DNA of 64,000 nucleotides. It comes from Promethearchaeota archaeon. Its GTDB lineage: Archaea; Asgardarchaeota; Lokiarchaeia; Sigyniarchaeales; SOKP01. The notes beneath the pieces were generated by a model. It did not search any database and was not told where the DNA came from. It was given only the letters and a program-made list of their open reading frames with translations. The stretch's first letter is position 1, and every line of letters starts with the position of its first letter. The stretch is from assembly GCA_016840085.1 (NCBI GenBank), contig JAEOTA010000004.1:160001-224000 (forward strand), read 5' to 3'. Both the position numbers and the translations under genes were made by a program. This document shows positions 1-11,032 of this stretch, in pieces.

Positions 1-28
1 AGCTCAGCATTGTAAGGACATGGCTGCA

Positions 29-310
29 TTAATTTAATACTTTTACACTTTTATAAATGGTTTTTATTCTTAGACTTACCATTAGATTTATTTCGAATTT
101 ATCATCGAAAATGGTCTTTCCCACAATAAATAAGCTATATTTATTTACCTTATTTCTCCAATCATTTTCAAAGATGTAGGTACTAAACTTCATGGTATCA
201 GAAGTATAGAACATTTCAAGTTCTTTTACATAAGGTGATTGATACAACAATATTTCAGAAGAAAAAGGATTGCTTCTATAGCATTCTATATACAATGACG
301 GAACTATCAT
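29..310 (-). CDS. hypothetical protein (may be spurious or a fragment)
   Basis: 93-aa ORF with no recognisable motif; its TAA overlaps an ATG at 29 that runs off the left edge. Confidence 0.3.
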   Translation of the reverse strand: MIVPSLYIECYRSNPFSSEILLYQSPYVKELEMFYTSDTMKFSTYIFENDWRNKVNKYSLFIVGKTIFDDKFEINLMVSLRIKTIYKSVKVLN

Positions 311-425
311 TAGGATAACTTTCCTAATTTCATGTAAAAAACTTTATTAATTATGTTGAAGAAAATAGACTCATCTTATTGTTGGCTATTGTGTAAAAAA
401 CTAATAATGTTAAAAGTGAAAATTA

Positions 426-1055
426 ATGAGCGAATTTATTGAAAAAATAGTAGATTTAGAAGAAAGTGCTGTAGCAGATCTCTTACAAAAGAAGCTTGAA
501 AGTAACGAAGATCCTTTGAAAATAATGGATGAAATTAAAGAAGCGATGAAAAAAATAGGTGACAAATTTCAAAATAAAGAATATTTTTTACCAGATTTGA
601 TTTTATCTGGAGAAATCTTACGAAATGTGTTTGAAAAAATATCCCCATTGCTTAAAGAACAGCAAAAAACAGAAGTGAAAAAAGGAAAAGTTCTTTTAGG
701 GACTGTGGCAGGAGATATTCACGATATAGGAAAAGATGTTGTAAAATTTATGCTTGATGCAAATGGTTATGAAGTAATGGATTTAGGTGTTGATGTATCA
801 AGTGATGCATTCGTAGAAAAAATAAAAGAATTTCAACCTAAAGTTGTTGCGTTGAGTGGATTTTTAACTCTTGCATTTGATTCAATGAAGGAAGTGATTC
901 AAAAACTAAAGGATGCGGGAATAAGGGATAATATAAAAATTATGATCGGCGGAGGGACTGTCGACGAGAGCATAGTAGAATATGTAGGAGCAGACGCATA
1001 TGGAGAGAGTGCGGTTGATGCTGTTAATTTAACTAATAAATGGATGGAGGTTTAA
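426..1055 (+). CDS. corrinoid (B12-binding) protein, MtbC/MttC-like
   Basis: N-terminal B12 cap (IGDKFQNKEYFLPDLI) and DxHxxG motif GDIHDIGK, plus DLGVDV and IMIGGG. Confidence 0.93.
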   Translation: MSEFIEKIVDLEESAVADLLQKKLESNEDPLKIMDEIKEAMKKIGDKFQNKEYFLPDLILSGEILRNVFEKISPLLKEQQKTEVKKGKVLLGTVAGDIHDIGKDVVKFMLDANGYEVMDLGVDVSSDAFVEKIKEFQPKVVALSGFLTLAFDSMKEVIQKLKDAGIRDNIKIMIGGGTVDESIVEYVGADAYGESAVDAVNLTNKWMEV

Positions 1056-1060
1056 AGAAA

Positions 1061-2347
1061 ATGAGCGAAAAATCGAGTCAAGAACTATATAAAGAACGAT
1101 TAAATAGAGTCTTGAATGCGGTAAGTTTAAAGGAACCCGATAGAGTGCCTATTACACCCATGTCAATGCATTATGCAGCAGTTCAAGCAGGATTAACTAA
1201 AAAAGAAGCCATGTACGAACCAATGAAACTCGCAAAGGCATTTAAAGATGTTTTCGCACCGATGAATTGGGATATGGTGCCTCCCCTATTAGGCGTGTTT
1301 CCTGCGGCAGTTTGGGATGGATTGGGGACTCAAACTTTCAAATGGCCAGGGGCTGCCGAAAAAAAACAAAGATTAGACGATAATATTCACTTTCAATGGG
1401 TAGAAGGAGAATATATGAAAGAAAACGAGTATGAAGCATTTCTAACAGATCCTTCTGGATACTGCTTAAATACTCTCATGCCTCGCCATCATAAAAAACT
1501 AGGGGGATTTTCATTCTTTCCTAGCTTAATTAATTTAGTGCATTCCTATGGTTCTTTTATGAGTATTCCACCTTTCTTTGCTATGCCCCCAAATCAAGAA
1601 ATGCTTAAAAATATTGGTCAAGCAGCAGGAAAGTTATTTGAATATTTAGGAGCTACGGAGAATTATACTAAAGAAATGGCACAACTTGGATATCCAATTG
1701 GTTTTAATTTCTTTGTTCAAGCACCATATGATGTTTGGTCAGAAAGCGTGCGAGGAATGAGGGGGGTAATGTTAGATATGTATAGGCAACCTGAAGAATT
1801 GAAGGAAGCATTAAATAGATTAGTTCCTTCAAGCATTGCCAGTACCGTTGCTATGTCACATATGATTCCTTCAGATAATCCAATCGTGTTTATACCATTA
1901 CATAGAGGTGCTGATGGTTTTATGAGCCGAGATCAATTTAAAGAATTCTATTGGCCTACTTTAACGGCAACAATGGAAGGTTTAATTCAAAATAACTTAA
2001 TTCCTTGTCCATTTTACGAAGGAGGGTATAATGAACGGTTGGACTATTTAACGGAATTTGCTAAAAAGCACAGAGGTAAGCTTATTTATTGGTTCGATAG
2101 AACAGATATAATTAAAGCAAAAGAAATGTTTGGTGAATATGCCACAATTAGGGGTAATGTTCCCGGATCATTGATGGCAACTGGTACTCCACAACAAATG
2201 GAGGAGTATGTAAAGAAGATTATCGAGGGATGTAAAGCAGGCGGAGGGCTAATAATCGACGGAGGTGTTTCTGGAATTGTTGATGAGGCTAAACCAGAAA
2301 ATGTAAAAGCGATGACCGATGCAGTATTTAAATACGGTATGTATTAG
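1061..2347 (+). CDS. uroporphyrinogen decarboxylase-family (MtaA/CmuA-like) methyltransferase
   Basis: EPDRVP N-terminus, RGMRGVMLDMYRQPE, FMSRDQFKEFYWP, GNVP...GTP, AKPENVKAM; ATG at 1061 follows GGAGG; adjacent to the corrinoid gene. Confidence 0.85.
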   Translation: MSEKSSQELYKERLNRVLNAVSLKEPDRVPITPMSMHYAAVQAGLTKKEAMYEPMKLAKAFKDVFAPMNWDMVPPLLGVFPAAVWDGLGTQTFKWPGAAEKKQRLDDNIHFQWVEGEYMKENEYEAFLTDPSGYCLNTLMPRHHKKLGGFSFFPSLINLVHSYGSFMSIPPFFAMPPNQEMLKNIGQAAGKLFEYLGATENYTKEMAQLGYPIGFNFFVQAPYDVWSESVRGMRGVMLDMYRQPEELKEALNRLVPSSIASTVAMSHMIPSDNPIVFIPLHRGADGFMSRDQFKEFYWPTLTATMEGLIQNNLIPCPFYEGGYNERLDYLTEFAKKHRGKLIYWFDRTDIIKAKEMFGEYATIRGNVPGSLMATGTPQQMEEYVKKIIEGCKAGGGLIIDGGVSGIVDEAKPENVKAMTDAVFKYGMY

Positions 2348-2658
2348 AAAGATTATATTAGAAAAATCTAATTCGTTTTAAATTTGGAATTAAATCCCCT
2401 TTTCTTTTTTTTTTCCTAGCTTTAAAAGTACATGAAATATCTTGCGACTTCTTTTTTATATTATAAATAATATTCTTTTATAATACAGAGATTAGTAGAC
2501 AATATGATAATAATCTGAAATTAATATTTAATATATGAAAGTATATTAATTTCAACTGCCAATTATGTTATGCTTCATATGTCTATAAATTCACTAAATT
2601 TATAATATTGGGGATAATAGTAACCATAATTAATAATTACCATAAAAAATGAAATCAC

Positions 2659-3436
2659 ATGTTTAGTTTTATTTTAGGGATTATTTTCGCTACATGGTGT
2701 TTGGTTAACAGGTTTAGTAAGGATGGCAAAGTAGAAGGGCAACCTCTTGGAATGCCCCGTGGTACAGTAAGAGCTTTGATTACAGTTATGATTGTAGCCT
2801 TTCCATTTGGATTTATATTGACAGGAAAAGAAATTCCTGGTTTAATAGTCAATGCGATTTTTATAGCTGTTGCTTTTTACTTTGAAGCAAGAAAAAGTGA
2901 ACGTGAAAAACTAAAAGAAATTGTTGATGAGATAAAAAGTCCGGGAACTAGTTGAAATAGATTTAAGAAAGGAGAAAAAGCCATTATACTTGCCAAAGTA
3001 TAGCGTAAGATTTCTATTAGTTTTTATGTTGATTTTATTTTTAGTAACTAATTACTTTGGACCGCAAGTCCCATTTCAAGGCACTAACACTATCTTTGAT
3101 TTACTGATTATCATAGTTCTTTTTCTTATTGGTGTTTCTTTCAGATCTATTCTAAACTCAAGGGAAAGGAAAAAGATTAAAGAGCGAATAAAAAATATGG
3201 ATGCTTCACTCTCTGATGTTCAAATAATTGAAAAAGTAATGCTTGAAGAGTCTAGTTGGTGGAAGCGAGAAGGGAAAAGTCTTCTCTCAATAATAATGCT
3301 AATAATAGTAGTTGGAGCATTAATCTGTTATACTTTTGAATGGGATTATACATTAATTTCTTTATCTGATTATACTTTATCAGTAGTTGGGATTTTATTA
3401 CTCTTAACAAATGCTTATTATGGCTTCAGAGATTAA
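2659..3436 (+). pseudogene. membrane protein split by a +1 frameshift (or sequencing error); ORFs 2659-2955 and 2990-3436
   Basis: Removing one G from CCGGGAAC at ~2943 gives a continuous ...KSPELVEIDLRKEKKPLYLPKYSVR; the two halves share an internal repeat (QPLGMPRGTVR / KPLYLPKYSVR). Confidence 0.75.
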
Positions 3437-3558
3437 GTATTTAATTAAGCAAATAACTAACTCAATTTTTTTATATTTTTAATTAGATGATTCGATCCTA
3501 TTAAAATCTAATTTAAATAAACACAAGGTTATTAATATTATAAATATTTTTTATTCAA

Positions 3559-4032
3559 ATGATAACGTTCGAAAAGAATAGTTATGTTTTTAGTTATAGG
3601 GTTGTCGGGGTAGCTATTCATGATAATAAGGTACTAGTACATCGAAGCATCATTGATGATTTCTGGTCATTACCTGGAGGACGATGTGAATTTTTAGAAA
3701 TCTCTAAAGATGCGCTTATAAGAGAAATGAAAGAAGAAATCGGTATAAGCATAAATATAACTAGACCTCTTTATTTCGTGGAAAATTTTTTTAATTCCGA
3801 GGGAAAAGATTATCATGAAATTTCTATTTTCTACCTATTGGAATTTCCTGAAGATTCTAAATTGGTTTTTAAAAATGAACCTTTCTATGGAATAGAAGAT
3901 GAACTTGAATTAATCTTTAAATGGGTTGATATAAATACTCTAGAAACATTAAGATTGTATCCATTATTCTTACGTAAAGCGCTAAAAAATATTAAACCCT
4001 TCCCAGAACATATAATAAATCGGGATGATTAA
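3559..4032 (+). CDS. NUDIX hydrolase
   Basis: Nudix box WSLPGGRCEFLEISKDALIREMKEEIG. Confidence 0.92.
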   Translation: MITFEKNSYVFSYRVVGVAIHDNKVLVHRSIIDDFWSLPGGRCEFLEISKDALIREMKEEIGISINITRPLYFVENFFNSEGKDYHEISIFYLLEFPEDSKLVFKNEPFYGIEDELELIFKWVDINTLETLRLYPLFLRKALKNIKPFPEHIINRDD

Positions 4033-4128
4033 AGGGATACAATAAATATATCTAAAGAGGAGATTCTTTTCCTATAACAACTAGATTTTTTTATTGACTA
4101 ATGAAGAAAATAAAAGAAAAATAAATAA

Positions 4129-5151
4129 TTATAAATGGAATTCCGTACCAACAACTCCTAAAGTATGAGATGGGTGTCCTCTTGCGCTCATTATTTTGTT
4201 AAATTCAAAACCAGTGCAATGCATTCCACAGGTTATTTCAGGATTTAAATTTTCTATAAATTTTACTGATTCTTCAATATCTTCAGATTTCTCCCATTCT
4301 TTATGGAAACCCCCAATTATAGCATAAATTTTATTAATGCCAGTTATTTTTTGTCCGTGTTTAATCGTGTTTACAATTCCAGTATGTCCACATCCTGTAA
4401 GAACTACAAGCCCTTTATCCTTAACATTAATATAGATTGAAATTTCGTCTCTAAACGTATTTTTTGCAAATTCCTTCCTACTTTTCATTAGGTACATACC
4501 TTTAGTAACTTCATTTTCATCAAATATTTCTATTTCTCCGCTTGTTGTAATACCATTTGTTAATTTTATTGGTTCAGTAATTTCAACTATTTTAAGATTA
4601 TTTTGATTTACTAAATTTTCGAATATATTTCTATTTAAGACTGGAATTTTTAAATTAAAAAGAAAAGCCTTTTCTTTTAGTAATTCACGATATTTTTCAT
4701 TTAATATATCGGAAGAGAAATATTCTTGACCTGATTTTGGTACTAAGATAATATTTTGATTATAGAAATTGGGTGATAAAATTATCTCACATCCTTCTCT
4801 TAATTTTGGAATTACATTCAAAAGGCCTCCAAAATGGTCTGTATGCCCATGACTCAAGATTAATTTATTATATTCCTCAAAGTTAATACCCAATGCTTCA
4901 GTATTTGGTAATATTGCATTTCTAGGACCCCCTGTATCAAAAAGAAATTTTTTCTTAATTTCATTATGGTTTATTTCAATACTCACAGCAAATCCATGTT
5001 CAGCATATAATTTACTAGCATTGGCATGGGGATGTATTACTTTACCTTTGAATTTTTCATCTGTTAGTAAAGATAAAAGAACTGTATTTGCTGTTAAAAC
5101 TCTAATAATTAAATTACCACTATCTATTCCATCAGAAATATCTACTTTCAA
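4129..5151 (-). CDS. MBL-fold metallo-hydrolase
   Basis: EHGF, LFDTG, SHGHTDHFGG, GCGHTG, GGFH and MHCTG motifs. Confidence 0.9.
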   Translation of the reverse strand: MKVDISDGIDSGNLIIRVLTANTVLLSLLTDEKFKGKVIHPHANASKLYAEHGFAVSIEINHNEIKKKFLFDTGGPRNAILPNTEALGINFEEYNKLILSHGHTDHFGGLLNVIPKLREGCEIILSPNFYNQNIILVPKSGQEYFSSDILNEKYRELLKEKAFLFNLKIPVLNRNIFENLVNQNNLKIVEITEPIKLTNGITTSGEIEIFDENEVTKGMYLMKSRKEFAKNTFRDEISIYINVKDKGLVVLTGCGHTGIVNTIKHGQKITGINKIYAIIGGFHKEWEKSEDIEESVKFIENLNPEITCGMHCTGFEFNKIMSARGHPSHTLGVVGTEFHL

Positions 5152-5373
5152 TTTTTATTTAACCTCATAAATTTTAATAGAAAAATCTATATTTTAGATA
5201 TTTGATTCATCATGTTTTAAGATTATTAATCGGTTCTTAGTTAAAATTTTTTAAAAAAATATTGATAATGAAGGTTACCCCCTTTTTTTCCTATATTAAT
5301 AAAGAATTTAAAAAAAGAAAATTACACTATAATTATTCACATGTGAATCAAATAAAATAAAGATGAATAAGAC

Positions 5374-6492
5374 ATGGCTGATATAAGTTTAGATCAAGAT
5401 AATGATATTTATAGGAAGTTACAGCAACATTTAGATAAAATGCCTGTAGGGTTCCCTTCTGTGAAGTCTGGCGCAGATATACGCTTATTAAAGCATCTTT
5501 TTACACCAGAAGAAGCTAAAGTAGCAATGTTTTTAAAATTCGGATGGGAGAGAGATTTAGAACCATTAAAAGTGATTTATAACCGTGCAGAAAAGACGGG
5601 AATCCCTCTTAAAGAGTTAGAAGAGATTCTAGATCGGATGGTATCAAAAGGATCTATCATGTTTAAAAAAGAAGGGGATAAAAAATATTATGGAAACGCG
5701 CTCCTTATGGTTGGAATGTTTGAGTTTCAAGTAAACAAACTTACAAAAGAATTCATTAAAGATTATCATGATTATAGTGTACAAGGTTGGTTTCCAGAAG
5801 CTTTTAGGGTGAAATCAGCCCAATTACGAACAATTCCAGTAGAAAAAAGTATAGAATTCGAACATAATGTTAGTCCTTTTGATGATGTTGGAAAGTGTCT
5901 AGATAGTTATGATGGACCAATAGCAATCATAAATTGTGTATGTAAACAAGTAAAGGATATTTTAGGAGATCCATGCAAAGTTACTGACAGAAGAGAAGTT
6001 TGTATGGGATTCGGAGTTCTAGCTCAAATGTGTATTGATCAAGGATGGGGTCGTTCGATAACTAAAGAAGAAGCCCATGAAATATTACGAAAAAATCAAG
6101 AAGAGGGGTTAGTAATACAACCAGATAATTCCCAGAAATTATCATTTATCTGTAGCTGTTGTAGTTGTTGTTGCGAAAATTTATCAAAATATGCATTATT
6201 GCCTAACCCTGCTAGTGTAGTAATAGCAAACTATTATGCAGAAGTAGATCCTGATTTATGTATAGGCTGCGGAACATGTGTTGAGATATGTCCAATGAAC
6301 GCAATTTCGCTTAAGGATGAGTTATCTTCAATAAAGAGAAAACGTTGTATTGGATGTGGAAATTGTGTTGCGAAATGCCCTGAAGAAGCGATTTCACTCT
6401 ATAAAAGAGAAAGACAATTCACTCCTTTTCCAACGATGGATGAATTATTTGATAAAGTTATGGAAAGAAAAACTAGATTAAAAGAAAATTAG
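5374..6492 (+). CDS. Cys-rich 4Fe-4S dicluster protein (paralog 1)
   Basis: CVC, ICSCCSCCC and two CxxCxxCxxxCP motifs at the C-terminus. Confidence 0.88.
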   Translation: MADISLDQDNDIYRKLQQHLDKMPVGFPSVKSGADIRLLKHLFTPEEAKVAMFLKFGWERDLEPLKVIYNRAEKTGIPLKELEEILDRMVSKGSIMFKKEGDKKYYGNALLMVGMFEFQVNKLTKEFIKDYHDYSVQGWFPEAFRVKSAQLRTIPVEKSIEFEHNVSPFDDVGKCLDSYDGPIAIINCVCKQVKDILGDPCKVTDRREVCMGFGVLAQMCIDQGWGRSITKEEAHEILRKNQEEGLVIQPDNSQKLSFICSCCSCCCENLSKYALLPNPASVVIANYYAEVDPDLCIGCGTCVEICPMNAISLKDELSSIKRKRCIGCGNCVAKCPEEAISLYKRERQFTPFPTMDELFDKVMERKTRLKEN

Positions 6493-6552
6493 AGCTAAAA
6501 AAAAATAAACATTGTTTATAAAACTAATTCAGATGGTGAAAAATAAATTTTG

Positions 6553-7644
6553 ATGGAAGATAATTATCGAAAATTGCAAGAACATCTTGATAAAATGCCC
6601 ATTGGATTTCCTCCTGCAGAATCAGGTTCGGATATACGTTTATTAAAACATCTATTTACACCTGAAGAAGCAAAAATAGCTCAATATTTAAGATTTGGAT
6701 GGGATAAAGATCTTGAGCCACTAGAGAAAATATACGGAAGAGCAAAAGAATCTGGAATTTCTCTTAAACAATTAGAAGAAAAATTAGATGTCATGGCTAA
6801 AAAAGGCTCCATCACGTCAAAAAGAGAAGGGGAACAAAAATTTTATGGGAATGCAGCGTTAATCGTTGGTATATACGAATATCAAGTGAATAAACTCACG
6901 AAAGAATTTTTAAAGGACTTAGAAGAGTATATTATTGAAATTTGGGGTAAAGAAGCTAACCCTACGGATTACCATCAACTACGTATTATTCCAGTTGATA
7001 TAAGTATTAAACCAGAGCATAATATTTCCCCTTATGATAATGTAAAAAAAATTATAGAAGATAGTAAAGGTCCATTTGTAAAAATCAACTGTATTTGTCG
7101 TCAAGAAATGGATATTCATGGAGACCCTTGTAAAATGACTAAAAATAAAGAAAATTGTCTTGGAATTGGAACTATGGCCCAAAATTATATTGATCAGGGA
7201 TGGGGGACTCAAATTACTAAAGAAGAAACTCTTAAAATTTTGCTCCAAAATCAAGAAGAAGGCTTAATATTTCGACCGAATAATGCCCAAAATATTGATT
7301 TTATTTGTAGTTGTTGTTATTGCTGTGATGGAGGGATCTCTAGCTTATTGAAGATACCAAATCCCGCTAATTATGTTGATTCTAATTTTTATTCACAAAT
7401 AGATCATGAATTATGTACAGGGTGTGGTACTTGTATTGAACGTTGTCAACTTAAAGCTATATCTCTTACTGAGGATGTAGCTTCAATTGATAGAAAAAGA
7501 TGTATTGGTTGTGGAAATTGTGTTGCAGTTTGTCCTTCAGATGCGATCACACTTCAGAAAAAAGAAGATGAGTATATTCCTCCACCAACTATGGATGATT
7601 TATACGATTTGATTTTAGAAGCAAAAACCAAATTAAAAAAATAA
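6553..7644 (+). CDS. Cys-rich 4Fe-4S dicluster protein (paralog 2)
   Basis: Same architecture as 5374-6492 (YRKLQxHLDKMPxGFP, ICSCCYCC, two ferredoxin motifs). Confidence 0.88.
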   Translation: MEDNYRKLQEHLDKMPIGFPPAESGSDIRLLKHLFTPEEAKIAQYLRFGWDKDLEPLEKIYGRAKESGISLKQLEEKLDVMAKKGSITSKREGEQKFYGNAALIVGIYEYQVNKLTKEFLKDLEEYIIEIWGKEANPTDYHQLRIIPVDISIKPEHNISPYDNVKKIIEDSKGPFVKINCICRQEMDIHGDPCKMTKNKENCLGIGTMAQNYIDQGWGTQITKEETLKILLQNQEEGLIFRPNNAQNIDFICSCCYCCDGGISSLLKIPNPANYVDSNFYSQIDHELCTGCGTCIERCQLKAISLTEDVASIDRKRCIGCGNCVAVCPSDAITLQKKEDEYIPPPTMDDLYDLILEAKTKLKK

Positions 7645-7674
7645 AAATCAAGAGAAAGTAGATAATTAAAATTT

Positions 7675-8991
7675 TTATTCTAATTTTATTTTAATATATT
7701 TTTCTTGTAGTTTTAACATCTCTTCTAGTATTTTTTTTGCCTGCCAATAAGTTTCCACTACTGGATCAGCGAGTAATGCCTGTAATGCAAGTTTCTTAGA
7801 TCTTGTTAGTATAGCCTCAACTACTAAATCCTGAACTGAAGCTTGAGTGTTTAACAGTGCCGCAAGCCCTTTAGGATATTCTCCAAGTTTAATACCATGA
7901 ATACCATTTTTATTTATAATTGCAGGACATTCAACAACTAGATCTCGTGGCAAATTGGTAATAATACTATCGTTGGGAATATTTACTGAAGGTTCTTTAT
8001 TGTCAGTATCACTTAAAATACCTTCAATAATAGGTATAGCCCTCTCTTCATCAGGCACTATCAATATAGTGCTCTTTCCCCTTTTTATTAATTTTTTTAG
8101 TCTTTCAAAATTATTTTTTAAATAAGCTTCATAATCTCTATGAAATTTACGGACTGAAGGTATATCTGCTTTTTCCCATGCCCATTGTACATATTCACCA
8201 TAATGGGAGTCTGTAGTATATGGTAAGTATCTATACGTTTCTAAAATAAAAGCAATTAAACCGTAGCCATTATCGAGATAAGGGCCATTTACTATTGATC
8301 TAAGTATTTTTGGTCCATTTTTTCGTATATCTGGATATGCATCCTTATCTGTATCTTTATATTTAATGTCTAATATAACACCAAAATGATTTAAGCCTCC
8401 TGCTATAATCTCTAAATTTGAAATTGATGTTCCAAGAATTCTCTTTAATATCGGGTAGAAATCATGGAGTTCATGGCAAAGTCCAACAAATTTTAAGGAA
8501 GGGTATTTTCTTTTAATTGCTAAACAAATTGTACTCATTGGATTAGAATAATTAATTATTAAAGCATTTGGACAGAATTTCTTAATATCTTCACATATAT
8601 CTAAAATTGGAGGTATAATTCTAAGAGAATGAAAAAATCCTCCTGGTCCTCCATTTTCACCAAAAATTTGTTTATTTCCATATTGTAGAGGTATCTGATA
8701 ATCCATATCTAATAACTCAAATCTAGGAGTAATTTCTATAGAATTAATAATATAAGTAGCATTTTTTAATGCATCTTGTCTAATTAAAGTAGATTCTAAA
8801 GTGAAATCTAACTTCCTCTCATCAATTGCAGATTGGCATGCTCTGAACGCTAAATCAAGAGTTACAGCATTTATATCATGCAAACAGATAGTAGAACCTT
8901 GTAAAATTTCACTGCTTAGAGTCGAACCAACTGTTCCCAACCCGAACTGAAGAGATCCTGCTCCTATTAATACAATTTTTTGTTTTGTCAT
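7675..8991 (-). CDS. family 4 glycoside hydrolase (NAD+/Mn-dependent alpha-glucosidase/galactosidase)
   Basis: IGAGS, GENGGPGG, NYSNP, GLCH, GLNHF, VVECPA, ALLADP. Confidence 0.92.
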   Translation of the reverse strand: MTKQKIVLIGAGSLQFGLGTVGSTLSSEILQGSTICLHDINAVTLDLAFRACQSAIDERKLDFTLESTLIRQDALKNATYIINSIEITPRFELLDMDYQIPLQYGNKQIFGENGGPGGFFHSLRIIPPILDICEDIKKFCPNALIINYSNPMSTICLAIKRKYPSLKFVGLCHELHDFYPILKRILGTSISNLEIIAGGLNHFGVILDIKYKDTDKDAYPDIRKNGPKILRSIVNGPYLDNGYGLIAFILETYRYLPYTTDSHYGEYVQWAWEKADIPSVRKFHRDYEAYLKNNFERLKKLIKRGKSTILIVPDEERAIPIIEGILSDTDNKEPSVNIPNDSIITNLPRDLVVECPAIINKNGIHGIKLGEYPKGLAALLNTQASVQDLVVEAILTRSKKLALQALLADPVVETYWQAKKILEEMLKLQEKYIKIKLE

Positions 8992-9206
8992 TTTAATTTA
9001 CCCGATTTATTAAAGTCAACTAAGTTTTTAAATGATAATGATTCATTACTTAATAGGATTTCTTTAAAGGAAAATATGAATATTTCAATAGATATAATAA
9101 TTAAATTAAGCAAACAAAAATTAGAATTTGAAAAGATTACAAAAAATTAAAAAAAAGAAGGTTCATAATATAGATTTTTAGGTTTGAGTTAAATAATCTT
9201 TTTTCT

Positions 9207-10013
9207 CTATCCTTGAAATCTCTTTTCTAGAGTTTTTTGATGTAAGGTAATAGCTAAGAAGAGGAACCCAAAGCCAAATACTAGCAAAACTCCAAAATCA
9301 ATCAACAGTCCAAATGTTCCAAATGCACTAACATCTCCTAATCCAACATTTATTATATCTATGAAATATGTAAGTGGAGATATAACAGCAATTGGAAGTG
9401 TAGAAATTGGCATAAAAAGGGGGCTTATAAATAACAGAGGAAATTTTATCAATACAGTCAAAATCATTGTATTAGCAGGAGTAGTAGTAGGTGGAACTGA
9501 TAATATAAGACTAAAACTTGCGAAGGATAATGCAGAAATTATCATTCCCACAATTAAAAGAATCAAATTTATCGAAATTGGCAAAGATAAAAAGAAAAAT
9601 CCTAAAATAAGAGGTATCGATGAAAATATCATGCCAAATAGAAATGAGCTCCATAAACTACCGAGTAAAATTGTTTTAATTGAAAGTGGACATGTAATTA
9701 ATCTTTCTAATGTTTTTTGCCTAGTTTCCCATGGAAATATAATTGGACCGATGGATGTTGTTGATAAAAATAGAACCATTGCCATTAACCCGGAAACTAA
9801 ATAAAGAGGTGATATATTTCTTCCTATGGTAAAGGCGAAAAATAATATAACCGGAAATAATATGCCTTGAATTAACACAGGAGGCTTGTTATAATATATT
9901 TTGAAATCCTTTTTAGAAATTATTAAAGATCTCCTCATTTGGGTTTTGAATCTGTTAAATCTAGACTTTTTAATTAATGAATATTCTTCGCTAATTCTTA
10001 TCACCTCTTTCAA
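9207..10013 (-). CDS. ABC-2 type exporter permease
   Basis: Six hydrophobic segments, ETRQKTLERLITCP, SPLTY; downstream of the ATPase. Confidence 0.9.
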   Translation of the reverse strand: MKEVIRISEEYSLIKKSRFNRFKTQMRRSLIISKKDFKIYYNKPPVLIQGILFPVILFFAFTIGRNISPLYLVSGLMAMVLFLSTTSIGPIIFPWETRQKTLERLITCPLSIKTILLGSLWSSFLFGMIFSSIPLILGFFFLSLPISINLILLIVGMIISALSFASFSLILSVPPTTTPANTMILTVLIKFPLLFISPLFMPISTLPIAVISPLTYFIDIINVGLGDVSAFGTFGLLIDFGVLLVFGFGFLFLAITLHQKTLEKRFQG

Positions 10014-10980
10014 CTATTTTTAAAAAAGCCTCTTCTAATTTTGGTTCATGTGTGTTTATTTGTTTTATAATCAAATTATTTGATTTTATATACTCAATAA
10101 TTTCAAAGATAGCATTGTGAATATCTTCTACAATTATATGAAACCCTCCTTTTACTTCTTGAACTTCTTTTACTGTTCTTAAATTCTGAATTTCAGACTT
10201 GCTTGCTCTATTAATGAAATAAAAATCGATAGCTTGATATTCTTGAGTTAAATCTTTTAAGTTTTCTGGAGTATCTAAACTTATGATTTTACCATGATTA
10301 ATAATTGCTATTCGATGGCATAATTCATTAGCAACTTCCATATCATGAGTTGTAAGAAATATCGTCATACCCTTTTCATTATACTCTTTAATTAACTTTT
10401 TAATTATTCGTGCAGATTGAACATCTAATCCGCTTGTTGGCTCATCTAAGAATAAAATTTCTGGATTACTCATAAGTGCCATACATAATAATAATCTTTG
10501 TTTCATTCCCTTTGAATATTTCATCGATTTCAAATTGCGTTTATCAAATAATTCAAATTTTTTTAATAGCATTTCAGCCCTCGCAACTCGGTTTTTCTTA
10601 TCAACTCCGTAAATTTCTCCGATAAAAATTAGGTTTTGCCAACCAGTAAGGTCCAAATATACATTTGCTTCTTCTGGAACATTTCCTGTAATTTGTTTTA
10701 CAGCGATTGTATTTTTCCAAACATCTTGTTTAAATATAGAAATTTTTCCATTAGTAGGCTTTAATACTCCTGTCATCATCCTAATTGTGGTTGTTTTCCC
10801 TGCCCCATTAGGGCCTAGAAAGCCAAAAATCTCTCCTTTTTCTACTTCAAAACTGATATCATCAACAGCACGAATAATCTTTCGACTATTTTGTTGAACC
10901 CTTTTTCTTTCTTTACCCTTACCTCCATATTTAGATGGACTAAAAAATTTAGATAAATTCTTTACTACAATTGCTTCCAT
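9991..10980 (-). CDS. ABC exporter ATP-binding protein (DrrA-like)
   Basis: Walker A GPNGAGKTT, signature YSKGMKQR, LDEPTSGLD, TTH. Confidence 0.95.
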   Translation of the reverse strand: MEAIVVKNLSKFFSPSKYGGKGKERKRVQQNSRKIIRAVDDISFEVEKGEIFGFLGPNGAGKTTTIRMMTGVLKPTNGKISIFKQDVWKNTIAVKQITGNVPEEANVYLDLTGWQNLIFIGEIYGVDKKNRVARAEMLLKKFELFDKRNLKSMKYSKGMKQRLLLCMALMSNPEILFLDEPTSGLDVQSARIIKKLIKEYNEKGMTIFLTTHDMEVANELCHRIAIINHGKIISLDTPENLKDLTQEYQAIDFYFINRASKSEIQNLRTVKEVQEVKGGFHIIVEDIHNAIFEIIEYIKSNNLIIKQINTHEPKLEEAFLKIVERGDKN

Positions 10981-11032
10981 AATTTATACCTCATAATTAA
11001 AAATATAAAAAAAAATAAAAGATTATTTAATA

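Noticed and set aside
2953-2955. TGA as selenocysteine read-through
   Set aside because: The downstream half is in a different frame; a one-base frameshift explains it.
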